NCBI GenBank assembly: GCA_030696105.1
Contig: JAUYNJ010000001.1
Location: 2,747 to 66,746, forward strand
Source of the DNA: a bacterium
Lineage (GTDB): Bacteria; Patescibacteriota; Patescibacteriia; Patescibacteriales; UBA12465
DNA: 64,000 bases
Direction of reading: 5' to 3'
Under the pieces are notes generated by a model. It searched no databases, had not been told where the DNA came from, and worked only from the letters and a program-made list of their open reading frames with translations. Made by a program: the position numbers and the translations under genes. Positions within the stretch are counted from its first letter, which is position 1. Every line of letters begins with the position of its first letter. Positions 45,102 through 54,912 of this stretch are shown piece after piece.

Positions 45102-46736
45102 TTAAAGTCCGCGAGCCTCGCTCTGGTCGCCTAATTTCGCTTTCTTTAGCGGTAATTTGCGCCTAAATGCCGCTATGGCTGCCATCAATTCTTCGCTGCG
45201 CAATACATAGCAGAGCAAGATATAGGTGCCGAGACCGCCGAAACCGGCAACGACAAGCTGCCAAATAACACCAATATAAGTAGTCATATCAATAAACGGC
45301 CAAATCGCAATTTTTAATAACTGCACCATCGCCCCTGCCCCAATAGCAGCGGCTGCGAATTTTGTTACAGAGATAAATATCTTATCAAGATCTAAGGAGC
45401 CAACTTTATAATATAACCACAACCAAAGACACATGAAATTGAAGATGCTTGCAATTGAGAAGGCGAGAGCCAGGCCGGCAACACCAAAGTAGTCGCGCAA
45501 CACATAAGCTAGAAAAATATTTAAAGCGACCGAGGCCATGCTCAGCAAAAACGGTGTCCAAGAATCACGACGGGCATAAAAAACGCGCACGAGCAAGGGG
45601 ATGGTTGCCTGTGCGAAAAGACTGAGCGCGAAGAAACCCAAAGTATTCATGGTAAGAATTGTGTCATTCCAATCAAAATTACCGCTACCATAAATAACAC
45701 GAATCAACTGCGCGCGTAATGTTATCAACAATACAGAGGTTGGAATAATAAAGAAGAGTATCTGTCGAATGGTTGAGGAAAAACGATTTTTTAATTCCTC
45801 AATACGATAAGCATTCTCCGAAAGAAATGGAAAAGCCGCGACTGCAAATGATATACCGAAGACGCCTAGGGGAAATGACTGTAAGTTATTCGCGAAATTA
45901 AAAATAGTTAACGAGCCAGGCTCAAGGGTTGAGGCTAAAATTGTCATCGCCAGTAAATTAACTTGAGAGATGGCGAGTGTAAGCGTACGCGGCCCCATCA
46001 TTCTTGCAATTTGACGAAGTCCTGAATCAGCGAAGTCTAAAACAAGACGATAATTGAAGCCAAGTTGAATTACAGCTGGGACTTGAACAGCAAAATGTAA
46101 AAAAGCGCCAAGCACAACACCCCAGGCAAGACCCGTGAGACCCAGCACTGGCTCAAGAAATAGAGCGCCCGCAATAATACCAAGATTGTAAAAAATCGGA
46201 GACAAAGAATAAATAAAGAAACGTTTATAGCTCTGTAGGATACCCCCTAAGACACCAGACATGCCTAAGAATAATGGCGAAAGAAACATTATCCGAGTTA
46301 AAGCCGCAACCTGTATTTGCGCTTCGGGGCTTAGTCCCGGGGCAACAAAACGTGTTAGTGGCTCAGCGAAGATAATACCAACTACAGAAAGAATGAGCAA
46401 AAGAATCATTAAAGCATTAAAGACATTGCTCGCCAAACGAATAAGTTTTTCCTTATCTTCCGGCCCATTCTCTGCTTTTTTTATCATCTCAGAAAAAACA
46501 GGAATAAATCCAGCCGAGAGTGCGCCTAAAACAAGTAAGTTAAATATAAAATCCGGCACACGGAAAGCAGCAAAATAAATATCAAGACTTTCACCAGCAC
46601 CAAAGCGTCCGGCAAGAATGTGATCACGAACAACCCCGAGGAGACGCGAAGCGATAGAAAATGTTGCCACCAAAAAAGCAGCGCCAGTAATGTTGTGCAT
46701 GGGACGGTTAACTAGTCCACGAAAAGATAAATTCAT
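45102..46736 (-). CDS. murJ: Lipid II flippase MurJ (MviN)
   Basis: It is polytopic. The N-terminal signature is SRLLGVVRDHILAGRFGAG...DIYFAAFRVPDFIFNLL. Confidence 0.85.
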   Translation of the reverse strand: MNLSFRGLVNRPMHNITGAAFLVATFSIASRLLGVVRDHILAGRFGAGESLDIYFAAFRVPDFIFNLLVLGALSAGFIPVFSEMIKKAENGPEDKEKLIRLASNVFNALMILLLILSVVGIIFAEPLTRFVAPGLSPEAQIQVAALTRIMFLSPLFLGMSGVLGGILQSYKRFFIYSLSPIFYNLGIIAGALFLEPVLGLTGLAWGVVLGAFLHFAVQVPAVIQLGFNYRLVLDFADSGLRQIARMMGPRTLTLAISQVNLLAMTILASTLEPGSLTIFNFANNLQSFPLGVFGISFAVAAFPFLSENAYRIEELKNRFSSTIRQILFFIIPTSVLLITLRAQLIRVIYGSGNFDWNDTILTMNTLGFFALSLFAQATIPLLVRVFYARRDSWTPFLLSMASVALNIFLAYVLRDYFGVAGLALAFSIASIFNFMCLWLWLYYKVGSLDLDKIFISVTKFAAAAIGAGAMVQLLKIAIWPFIDMTTYIGVIWQLVVAGFGGLGTYILLCYVLRSEELMAAIAAFRRKLPLKKAKLGDQSEARGL

Positions 46737-46738
46737 AA

Positions 46739-48301
46739 TTATTCTTGTTTTAGTTCTTCAAGCATTTGCGCCGCCCCAGTATGGCGTGGATTAAGGCGCA
46801 AAGTTTCCCGCCAAAGCATGGCTGCTTCTTCATATCGTCTCTTCTGATAGTATACACGACCTAGGTTAAAAAGGGCGACATCATATCCCGGATTCACTTC
46901 TAACTCTTTCTTTAACTCAATTTCTGCCCGCCACCAATCTTCGCGGTCAATATAGATAGCTGCTAAATTATTATGAGCCATCACTTCTTCTGGGTTTAAT
47001 CGTAGCGCTTCGCGATAACGGTGCTCAGCGGCGACTAAATTACCCTCTAGATAATACATCGCACCCAGATTGCGTTGCACTAAAGGCGAACGCGGTGAAG
47101 TTTTCACCGCATGTTCCCAGAAAGTAAGACGATCGCGGAAATTGCCACCATGCTGCCAGGCAAGCAACATAAAAATAATAACACCTAGTCCTAACAGACG
47201 TCGGCGCCACTCAAGACTAAGCCGGCTCCAGTAGCCCTCAGTCTCGCCAAGGACAAGCAGTAGGCCAAACATTGGCACATATAGTCGGTGTTCCATGAAG
47301 TTGCGATACAAGTCAGAATCAGGACGAGACGAGCCTAACACGAGTAATGGCCAGAACCAGAGCAAGCCATAAAGAAATCGCTCATAACGCCAGGGGCGCG
47401 ATACAATAAGTAAAGCACCAAGCATTAACACGGCTGCGATTCCATAAAGCCAGGTCGTATCAGCCGGAATCGGGTAGACTGAAAGATTAAAAGGCAAAAT
47501 ACTCTTACCCAGATATATCACCGGTGAAAGTAAGTTAGAAACAAAGGAGTCAAACACAGAACCGCCACCACTACCTATTACTATAGTTCGCAGCAAGTAC
47601 CAAATAATACCGCTGACAGCCGCTCCCGCAGTTGCTAAGCCCAGTTTAAACCAACTAAAAAACGGACGCTCATAGAGCCATATCCAACCTAAAGCTAAAA
47701 ATGGTAAAAAGGCTGCCGTCTCTTTTGTCAGCAAGGCTAACAGGAAAAATAGCCAGGTGAAACCGAGGTCTCGCCCTTTTTCTGACCGAAACCAGCGTGA
47801 TAGAAATATAATAGTTGAAAAAATGAAGATGGCCGCCAGCGTATCGTTACGTCCGGGAATCCAGACAACTGCCTGCGTTAAGGCGGGGTGAATTGCGAAG
47901 AAAAAAGATAACCAAAATGCGACCGTCCTACGAATACGTGCGCGTCGCAGCAAGACATATAGTAACCAGACCGCAATGATGTGATAAATAAGATTACTAA
48001 GATGAAAAACCGTCAAACTACCACCGCCCAGATGCCAGTCAAGCACAAAGGACCAAGTTAAAAGTGGTCGATAATAAAATTGGGCATTTCCAAAAAAGAC
48101 ATCGTTAAAAAATATCTCGGACGGATCAGCTTTTTGTAAAATCTCAGCTGATTCCATGATTAAGCGCTGATCATCAAGATAAGTATAATCGAAAAATACA
48201 CTCTGTCCGTAAATAAGCAGAGGCGCAAGCGCTAATATAAGATACGCGTGCCAGTTGCGCCAGCGATATCGTGCTTGTAATTTTTGCAAGAAAATATTCA
48301 T
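46739..48301 (-). CDS. TMTC/PMT-like GT-C membrane glycosyltransferase with C-terminal TPR repeats
   Basis: The N-terminal ~400 aa contain many TM helices, with an acidic first-loop motif (YTYLDDQRLI). The C-terminal TPR units are YYLEGNLVAAEHRYREALRLNP and similar. The ATG at 48301 is preferred over the TTG at 48331. Confidence 0.65.
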   Translation of the reverse strand: MNIFLQKLQARYRWRNWHAYLILALAPLLIYGQSVFFDYTYLDDQRLIMESAEILQKADPSEIFFNDVFFGNAQFYYRPLLTWSFVLDWHLGGGSLTVFHLSNLIYHIIAVWLLYVLLRRARIRRTVAFWLSFFFAIHPALTQAVVWIPGRNDTLAAIFIFSTIIFLSRWFRSEKGRDLGFTWLFFLLALLTKETAAFLPFLALGWIWLYERPFFSWFKLGLATAGAAVSGIIWYLLRTIVIGSGGGSVFDSFVSNLLSPVIYLGKSILPFNLSVYPIPADTTWLYGIAAVLMLGALLIVSRPWRYERFLYGLLWFWPLLVLGSSRPDSDLYRNFMEHRLYVPMFGLLLVLGETEGYWSRLSLEWRRRLLGLGVIIFMLLAWQHGGNFRDRLTFWEHAVKTSPRSPLVQRNLGAMYYLEGNLVAAEHRYREALRLNPEEVMAHNNLAAIYIDREDWWRAEIELKKELEVNPGYDVALFNLGRVYYQKRRYEEAAMLWRETLRLNPRHTGAAQMLEELKQE

Positions 48302-48302
48302 A

Positions 48303-49016
48303 CTAGGGACGATAACCGAAGAAATAGGCAAAGGCTAAACCCAAAGTCGACAAACCATAACGTAAACTTCGTCGCCAATTAATTGATGAAGCCTCCGGAA
48401 AATATCTGACCGGTACCGGAATTTCGCCAATTCGCCATTTACGAGCACAAATCTGTAATAAGGCTTGAGAGTCAAAGACAAAATCATCGCTCATTTTTTC
48501 CAAACTTAAACTTTTCAGCACGGCGCGTGAGTAAGCGCGCATGCCAGTGTGCCATTCGGATAAGTTTTGACCAGTGGCAAGATTCTCCACCAGCGTTAAA
48601 AAGCGATTAGAATAGTATTTATATCGCGGCATACCACCAGCTAAAGCCTCCCGACGCGTTCTAATACGCGACCCCAGCATGACGTCAAAATATCCGTCCG
48701 CAATAAAGGACGCAAAATATGATACTAAGCGCGGATCATACTGATAATCAGGATGCACCATTACAACTATATCAGCACCATGTTCAAGTGCTAGGCGATA
48801 ACAAGTTTTTTGATTGCCACCATAACCTTTATTTTTGTCATGCTTAAAAACCGTCAGACCGAGCTTTTCCGCCAACACCACGGTATCGTCACTACTATTG
48901 TCGTCTACTAAAATTACCTCGTCGGTTATGGCGGGTAAATCTAGCACCGTTCTTTCAAGGGTGCTCGCCGCGTTATACGCAGGTAGCACTACAATAATTT
49001 TCTTACCGGCGTACAT
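48303..49016 (-). CDS. Family 2 glycosyltransferase (polyprenol-phosphate sugar synthase-like)
   Basis: The motifs are [24 protein letters not shown], the acidic motif HPDYQYDP and GSR. Confidence 0.8.
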   Translation of the reverse strand: MYAGKKIIVVLPAYNAASTLERTVLDLPAITDEVILVDDNSSDDTVVLAEKLGLTVFKHDKNKGYGGNQKTCYRLALEHGADIVVMVHPDYQYDPRLVSYFASFIADGYFDVMLGSRIRTRREALAGGMPRYKYYSNRFLTLVENLATGQNLSEWHTGMRAYSRAVLKSLSLEKMSDDFVFDSQALLQICARKWRIGEIPVPVRYFPEASSINWRRSLRYGLSTLGLAFAYFFGYRP

Positions 49017-49209
49017 AAATTAATAATAGAGCTAAAGATATAAGCCAGCCTGCCACTAAGATGGCGGCGTTTACAAACAAACTAAAGAGACCTGGAAAAA
49101 TGAATTCAACAATAGCGCCAAGGATTAAGAGGGTGGAGAAAAAATTAAAAGCTTCTCGTATTAAACTTGAGATTTGTCCGCGAGAAATTGTGTTAATATT
49201 TTGCTTCAT
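49003..49209 (-). CDS. Small two-helix membrane protein (68 aa)
   Basis: It has two hydrophobic helices. It overlaps the GT2 gene start by 14 nt, and the stop of the upstream gene lies 1 nt before its ATG. Confidence 0.5.
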   Translation of the reverse strand: MKQNINTISRGQISSLIREAFNFFSTLLILGAIVEFIFPGLFSLFVNAAILVAGWLISLALLLIYVRR

Positions 49210-49210
49210 A

Positions 49211-50698
49211 CTAGAAATTGGGCATTAATTCTCGAAGTTTATCTTTTAAATTTTTTCCTGAAAATTTAATGCTGATTTCTTTAATTTCAATTAAACCGCC
49301 GGCGCCACTATCTAGACGCATGCCAGGAGCAGATAAAATTAAATTGTAATTACTTTTTTCACGATACAAATCTCCAGACGCAAACACGACACTTGATTGC
49401 AACCAGCCGTCTTCTAAAATTTGCGCTGGTTGATAGTCAGCAAAGACGTAATCCAATTGTCCAGAAAGAGGCGCAAAGCGGTCTAAACGGGGATAATCAG
49501 GATTTATGAGCTGCTCTATTTGAGCGGCAAATACGCCATTATTTTCCAGTAACACGCCGCCACTCGCTAGCTCTATAGCCGAGATGCCGGGAGTTGTACT
49601 TTTTATCTCATGTTGTTTATATATTTCATTTAACCGCAGACGCGCAGTGCCAAACTTTATATCTTGTAAAACAGCCGGATCAATTGCTTTTGCTTGTAAA
49701 TATGACGCATCTGAGTAAAGGCGAAGAGGCTCAGCATCATCTGGCCATATTTTGTTAATAGCTGAGAGATAAGCAGAATTAACGCTTAGCTTGCTTAGCG
49801 ACAAGTCATCATTAGCCCTGAATTCAAGTCGATATAAGCCAGGGGATATGTCACTACGAGAAATACGGAAGGACTGTGGCGCACTATCTTCCCCGCTCAT
49901 TTCTATTTCTTCACGCTTATCTTCAATTTTAACCGAAGCAACCAGGCGCATCCCAGCAAAAATTAGAAACTCTGCATCGTCTACTTCGATATTATTATTA
50001 CGATCCAGCAGCTGGCCGCTTATTTCTAAGTTGTTGCCACTTAGGTAGAAATAAAATTGATGAGCCCCGCGGAGACTATATGGAAGTTCGGTATTAGCTT
50101 CTGTTTGAGTCAGTAAAGATAAGTTAAGTGATGGCGGAAAATCTTGCAGGTCGACGTTATAGGTGCCGATGCAATTTACTTTCTCACAAATAGCTTTGCC
50201 GGTCTGCCAGGCATTTAAAAAATCCGATATCGATTTAAAGCGGTCTTCTTTTTGAAATAATAATTGTGTGTCCTCTGTAATGACATTCCAGTCACTTAAG
50301 CCCTGCTCTAGCCAAAGATTATAGACCGGCCGCAAGCGATATCGCCAAAGCTTGGCGTCAGCTAAAAAACCAGTCTCAAAAATTGGCGTTGAAGAACTTA
50401 AGTGCGTTCGATAAGTGATTGTGACTTCCGCCGTGCTAAACGCCCGCGGCGTGAATACCGAAAAATATACTGGGTCAGCAAGCAACAACAAGGGGCCACC
50501 TGGTCCACGCGCGACTCTCTCGCCTGGACTTGCTTGCCCCAAACAAGAACGGTTAAAAATATTTTCACCGCGCTCCAAAAAATCCTGTTGACAGGTCCAG
50601 CTGCCAGCCGGCGAAACTATCTGAAATCCAAAAAAGACGATAATTAAAGCAATTAAAGTGAACCAGACTAGTCTTATTCTTTGTTGAAAGTTAGCCAT
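49211..50698 (-). CDS. Hypothetical exported/membrane-anchored protein (495 aa)
   Basis: It has an N-terminal TM helix (VWFTLIALIIVFFGFQIV) and is the first gene of the glycosylation block. No motif was recognised. Confidence 0.6.
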   Translation of the reverse strand: MANFQQRIRLVWFTLIALIIVFFGFQIVSPAGSWTCQQDFLERGENIFNRSCLGQASPGERVARGPGGPLLLLADPVYFSVFTPRAFSTAEVTITYRTHLSSSTPIFETGFLADAKLWRYRLRPVYNLWLEQGLSDWNVITEDTQLLFQKEDRFKSISDFLNAWQTGKAICEKVNCIGTYNVDLQDFPPSLNLSLLTQTEANTELPYSLRGAHQFYFYLSGNNLEISGQLLDRNNNIEVDDAEFLIFAGMRLVASVKIEDKREEIEMSGEDSAPQSFRISRSDISPGLYRLEFRANDDLSLSKLSVNSAYLSAINKIWPDDAEPLRLYSDASYLQAKAIDPAVLQDIKFGTARLRLNEIYKQHEIKSTTPGISAIELASGGVLLENNGVFAAQIEQLINPDYPRLDRFAPLSGQLDYVFADYQPAQILEDGWLQSSVVFASGDLYREKSNYNLILSAPGMRLDSGAGGLIEIKEISIKFSGKNLKDKLRELMPNF

Positions 50699-50784
50699 AA
50701 TTTCTTAATACAGCCCTTCTTCAAGTAATAATCTGTATATTACTAATTATACAAGATTTGAGCAAAAATAACAGCATATTTTCA

Positions 50785-50814
50785 TAAAAAAATCTCCCCG
50801 TTGCCGGAGAGATT
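50785..50814 (-). terminator. Rho-independent terminator after rpoC
   Basis: On the minus strand the stem is aatctctccgg/ccggggagatt with one mismatch, followed by a T7 run. Confidence 0.7.
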
Positions 50815-50832
50815 TTTTAATATAATCTGATC

Positions 50833-53800
50833 TTATTTTTTCTTTTCTACTTGCGCCTGAATTGGTTCGTAGACATCACGTACTTTTTTACCCTTGTAGC
50901 CGGTTCCGGCCGGGATTAAGCAACCGATGATAACGTTTTCCTTTAAGCCTTCAAGGAAATCAATCTTACCATTAACAGCAGCTTCGATTAAGACACGTGG
51001 CGTCTCCTGGAAGGAAGCAGCCGATAAGAAACTGTCAGTCGTAAGTGAAGCTTTGGTGATACCCATTAATAAGCGGTCGCCCTTAGCTGGTACTTTTACT
51101 GACAAGTTTGCATGTTCAAACACTTCAGCTTCAACCGTTTCACCGGGAAGCATCGCAGTGTCACCCGGATCCTTAATTAAGAACCTGGAGAACATTTGAC
51201 GAGCGATGACTTCAATATGTTTATCATTCAACGGCTGACCCTGAGAGGAATATACGTACTGAATTTCGCGGATAATATATTTCTGGGTCTCAAGTTCGCC
51301 CTTAAGTTTATACAACTCACGTAAATCAAGACTTCCTTCGGTCAGCTGCGTGCCTTTTTCAACAGCATCTCCGTCTTTTACCATTAACATTGTGCCCTTC
51401 AAGATTGAATATTCTTTAACCTTATCAACCTCTTTGGCGACGCTAACGTACTTATCGTTAATGGCGATGACTCCACCACTCTTAGCTTTAACGGTTTCAG
51501 CGGCAACCTTAAATAACTCAGCGCCCTTCGCAACCTTGTCACCCTCTTTTACTAACACTTCAACAATCAATTTTTTCTTATCTTTGGCCGTCATGCCGCT
51601 AGCCAACTTCATTTCATTAATCTTTTCTGAGAAATAATATTTTTCTGCTTCCTTGCCGCGATAGATAATGCTTAATATCTTAGCTTGCGGATTAGGAACA
51701 ACGATGTCTTTGCCATTTTGATCTTTAATCGTCTTCTGTGCGAAGTCAATTTTGACGCTACCCGAAACATCCGAAATCATCGCTTTCTTTTTCGGGCTAC
51801 GTGCTTCAAAGATTTCTTCCACACGAGGTAAACCTTGAGTAATATCATCCTGGCCAGCCACACCACCACTATGGAAAGTTCTCATCGTCAACTGTGTACC
51901 AGGCTCACCGATAGACTGAGCCGCGATAATACCAACCGCTGAACCGAGTTTTACATCGCGATTATAGGCAAGGTCCCAACCATAACACTTAGCGCAGACA
52001 CCTTTGTGGAGGTGACAGCTCAAAGCGGAACGTAATTTAAGCACGCCCACATTTTTTACTTTCAAGTCCTTCGCTACTTCTTCAGTAATTAAAATACCTG
52101 CCTTATACATTACCTTACCTTTTTCATCATCAACATTAACAGCAAGATAACGACCTATAATCTTCTTAAAATAATCTTCACCAGTTTTATCAGTGTCAAT
52201 GCGGTTATAAGTAACGCCCTTCTTGTCACCACAATCGTCTTCAGTCACGATGACATCCTGAGCCACGTCGATTAAACGACGGGTTAAGTAACCAGCGTTA
52301 GCTGTTCTTAAGGCGGTATCAGATAAACCTTTACGTACACCGTGAGTCGAGATGAAGTATTCAAGCACACCAAAGCCTTCCTTAAAGTTACCCTTGACCG
52401 GTAACTCGATAATGGCGCCAGACGGTGAGGTCACAAGACCCTTCATACCTAGAATCTGGACCGGCTGCGCCCATGAACCACGAGCGCCGGAATCAATCAT
52501 AGAGTAAACTGGAAGAATATCCGCTAAACCAGCCTTACAAACATCAGCCACCTTATCTTTTGTATTCGTCCACTCTTCAATCACCTTGGCCAGACGTTCA
52601 CTTTCGGTTAGCAGGCCTTCTTCGTATTGTTCTTGAATAACATCAACTTTCTTATTCGCCTCTTCAATTAAACGATCCTTCTCCGGTAAAGTCGGCAAGT
52701 CGCCAAAGCCCCAAGAGAGACCAGACTTAGTAATAAAGGCGAAGCTCTTATTCTTTAAATTATCTATAAATTTGACAGTTTCTTCTTCGGTATAATGACG
52801 GAGAGAATCACGAATCAAATCTTTCAATTTGCCTTTACCGACAACTTCATTAATATAACGAAGTTTTTCAGGAAGAATTTGATTGAAAATCATGCGACCA
52901 ATGGTGGTGCGGACACGTTCGCCATTTAACTTAATAACGACTGGCTCATGTAACTTTGCATAACCATTGTCATATGCAAGCAAAGCGTCATTATCATCAT
53001 AAAAATGCTGCAATTTATCGTTTGCAATATCTTTCATCTTCGGATCTTCCAGGGTAATATAATATGTACCCCAAACGATATCCTGACCAGGAGCGACGAT
53101 TGGATCGCCAGTCGCCGGTTTTAAGAGGTTGTGAGAGGAAAGCATTAAAGTCGCAGCTTCGTGCTTCGCTTCTTTGGTTAAGGGGACGTGTACAGCCATC
53201 TGGTCACCATCGAAGTCGGCGTTAAAAGCGGTACAAACAAGTGGGTGAATTTGAATCGCCTTACCTTCAATTAAGATTGGCTTGAAAGCCTGAATACCGA
53301 GACGATGTAAAGTCGGAGCACGATTCAATAAGACGTAGGCCTCTTTAACTGTTTCTTCTAAAATATCCCAAACTTCATCGTGACCAGCCTCAATATAACG
53401 AGAAGCGCTGCGAACGTTATGTACGATTTCACGCTTAATCAGTTGAGAGATGATAAATGGCTTGAATAATTCGAGTGCCATGATCTTCGGCAAACCACAC
53501 TGATCGAGATTTAGTTTTGGGTTAACCACGATAACGCTACGACCAGAGTAATCGACACGCTTACCGAGTAAGTTCTGACGGAAGCGACCCTGCTTACCTT
53601 TTAAGCCATCAGCTAAAGACTTGAGTTGTCTTTTCTGTCCAGTCGAGGCAGTTACCGTCTTGGTATGGCGAGCGGAGTTGTCAATTAAAGCATCAACCGC
53701 TTCCTGTAGCATGCGCTTCTCATTGCGGCAGATAACTTCTGGGGCATTCAAATCAATCAATTGCTTTAAGCGATTGTTGCGGTTAATAACGCGGCGATAT

Positions 53801-54870
53801 AAATCATTTAAATCAGAGGCGGCAAAACGCCCACCATCGAGGGCTACCATCGGACGTAAATCTGGCGGTACGACTGGTAAGGTGGTCAGAATCATCCATT
53901 CAGGACGCAAGTTATTATTACGGAAACTCTTGAGTAGCTTTAAACGCTTAATCAGCTTGTCGCGCTTGGAATCAACCGCGCCATCGAGCTTTTCTTCAAT
54001 TTTATCAATGCTCTTAGTTAAGTCGATGCGTTCGAGCAAGCGGCGAATAGCTTCGGCGCCGATGCCGGCTTCAAAAATATGACCAAATTTTAAACTTAAA
54101 TTCTGATACTGGTGTTCAGATAAAATAAGCAAAGGTTTAAGTTCTTTTAATTCCTTCGTGACCTGGGCAAAATCTTCTTCGAGACTTTCAATCTTTTCAT
54201 CGCGCTCGCGGGTCAGGTCTTTTAAGGTGACGTGCTCTTCGCTCTTCTCGGCCTTTTCCACCTTCTCACCTTTTTCAAGCTTGGCTGCTTTTTCTAAAGC
54301 CTTTTCTTCTTTTGACTTCGGCTTCACCTCTCCTTTTTCTTGAAGACGTTTAACTTGCTGAGCAAAGTCACTATCAATACTCTTGCGTTTTGACTTGTGC
54401 TCGCTTTTAATCTGCTCTAAAGTTGTCTCCTTTAAGCCCTCGTCAACATCAGTCACGATGAAGCTCGCAAAATATATAACTTTTTCTAATGATTGAATGC
54501 CAAGATTGAGTAATAAACCAATCTTTGAAGAGATGCCGCGTAAAAACCAAATGTGAGTACAAGGAATCTGCATGAAGATATGCCCCATGCGCTCACGTCT
54601 AACGACGCTGCGAGTCACTTCGACGCCGCACTTATCGCAGACAATGCCCTTGTAACGGATTTTTTTATACTTGCCGCAGGCACATTCCCAGTCCTTCGTC
54701 GGACCGAAAATCTTTTCACAGAATAAGCCGTCTTTTTCTGGCTTCTGTGTGCGATAGTTAATCGTTTCCGGTCTAATCACCTCACCGTGAGACCAAGAAA
54801 GGATCTCCTCCGGCGATGCGAGTTTGAGGCGGATAGCGTCGAAATCGCTAGTTTTGATTGGGTTCAACAT
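50833..54870 (-). CDS. rpoC: DNA-directed RNA polymerase subunit beta'
   Basis: The catalytic motif NADFDGDQM and the zinc motif CACGKYKK..CDKCGV are present. The length is 1345 aa, including a Lys/Glu-rich lineage insertion. Confidence 0.97.
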   Translation of the reverse strand: MLNPIKTSDFDAIRLKLASPEEILSWSHGEVIRPETINYRTQKPEKDGLFCEKIFGPTKDWECACGKYKKIRYKGIVCDKCGVEVTRSVVRRERMGHIFMQIPCTHIWFLRGISSKIGLLLNLGIQSLEKVIYFASFIVTDVDEGLKETTLEQIKSEHKSKRKSIDSDFAQQVKRLQEKGEVKPKSKEEKALEKAAKLEKGEKVEKAEKSEEHVTLKDLTRERDEKIESLEEDFAQVTKELKELKPLLILSEHQYQNLSLKFGHIFEAGIGAEAIRRLLERIDLTKSIDKIEEKLDGAVDSKRDKLIKRLKLLKSFRNNNLRPEWMILTTLPVVPPDLRPMVALDGGRFAASDLNDLYRRVINRNNRLKQLIDLNAPEVICRNEKRMLQEAVDALIDNSARHTKTVTASTGQKRQLKSLADGLKGKQGRFRQNLLGKRVDYSGRSVIVVNPKLNLDQCGLPKIMALELFKPFIISQLIKREIVHNVRSASRYIEAGHDEVWDILEETVKEAYVLLNRAPTLHRLGIQAFKPILIEGKAIQIHPLVCTAFNADFDGDQMAVHVPLTKEAKHEAATLMLSSHNLLKPATGDPIVAPGQDIVWGTYYITLEDPKMKDIANDKLQHFYDDNDALLAYDNGYAKLHEPVVIKLNGERVRTTIGRMIFNQILPEKLRYINEVVGKGKLKDLIRDSLRHYTEEETVKFIDNLKNKSFAFITKSGLSWGFGDLPTLPEKDRLIEEANKKVDVIQEQYEEGLLTESERLAKVIEEWTNTKDKVADVCKAGLADILPVYSMIDSGARGSWAQPVQILGMKGLVTSPSGAIIELPVKGNFKEGFGVLEYFISTHGVRKGLSDTALRTANAGYLTRRLIDVAQDVIVTEDDCGDKKGVTYNRIDTDKTGEDYFKKIIGRYLAVNVDDEKGKVMYKAGILITEEVAKDLKVKNVGVLKLRSALSCHLHKGVCAKCYGWDLAYNRDVKLGSAVGIIAAQSIGEPGTQLTMRTFHSGGVAGQDDITQGLPRVEEIFEARSPKKKAMISDVSGSVKIDFAQKTIKDQNGKDIVVPNPQAKILSIIYRGKEAEKYYFSEKINEMKLASGMTAKDKKKLIVEVLVKEGDKVAKGAELFKVAAETVKAKSGGVIAINDKYVSVAKEVDKVKEYSILKGTMLMVKDGDAVEKGTQLTEGSLDLRELYKLKGELETQKYIIREIQYVYSSQGQPLNDKHIEVIARQMFSRFLIKDPGDTAMLPGETVEAEVFEHANLSVKVPAKGDRLLMGITKASLTTDSFLSAASFQETPRVLIEAAVNGKIDFLEGLKENVIIGCLIPAGTGYKGKKVRDVYEPIQAQVEKKK

Positions 54871-54912
54871 ATATATTTTAAGGGTAAGTTGATAAAGCCT
54901 TTGCCAGGTTAA

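Noticed and set aside
53621-54343. Plus-strand ORFs of 153 aa and 61 aa inside rpoC
   Set aside because: They are antisense to the Lys/Glu-rich insertion of beta'. The low-complexity Ser/Phe/Leu translation is an artefact of that repeat-like region.
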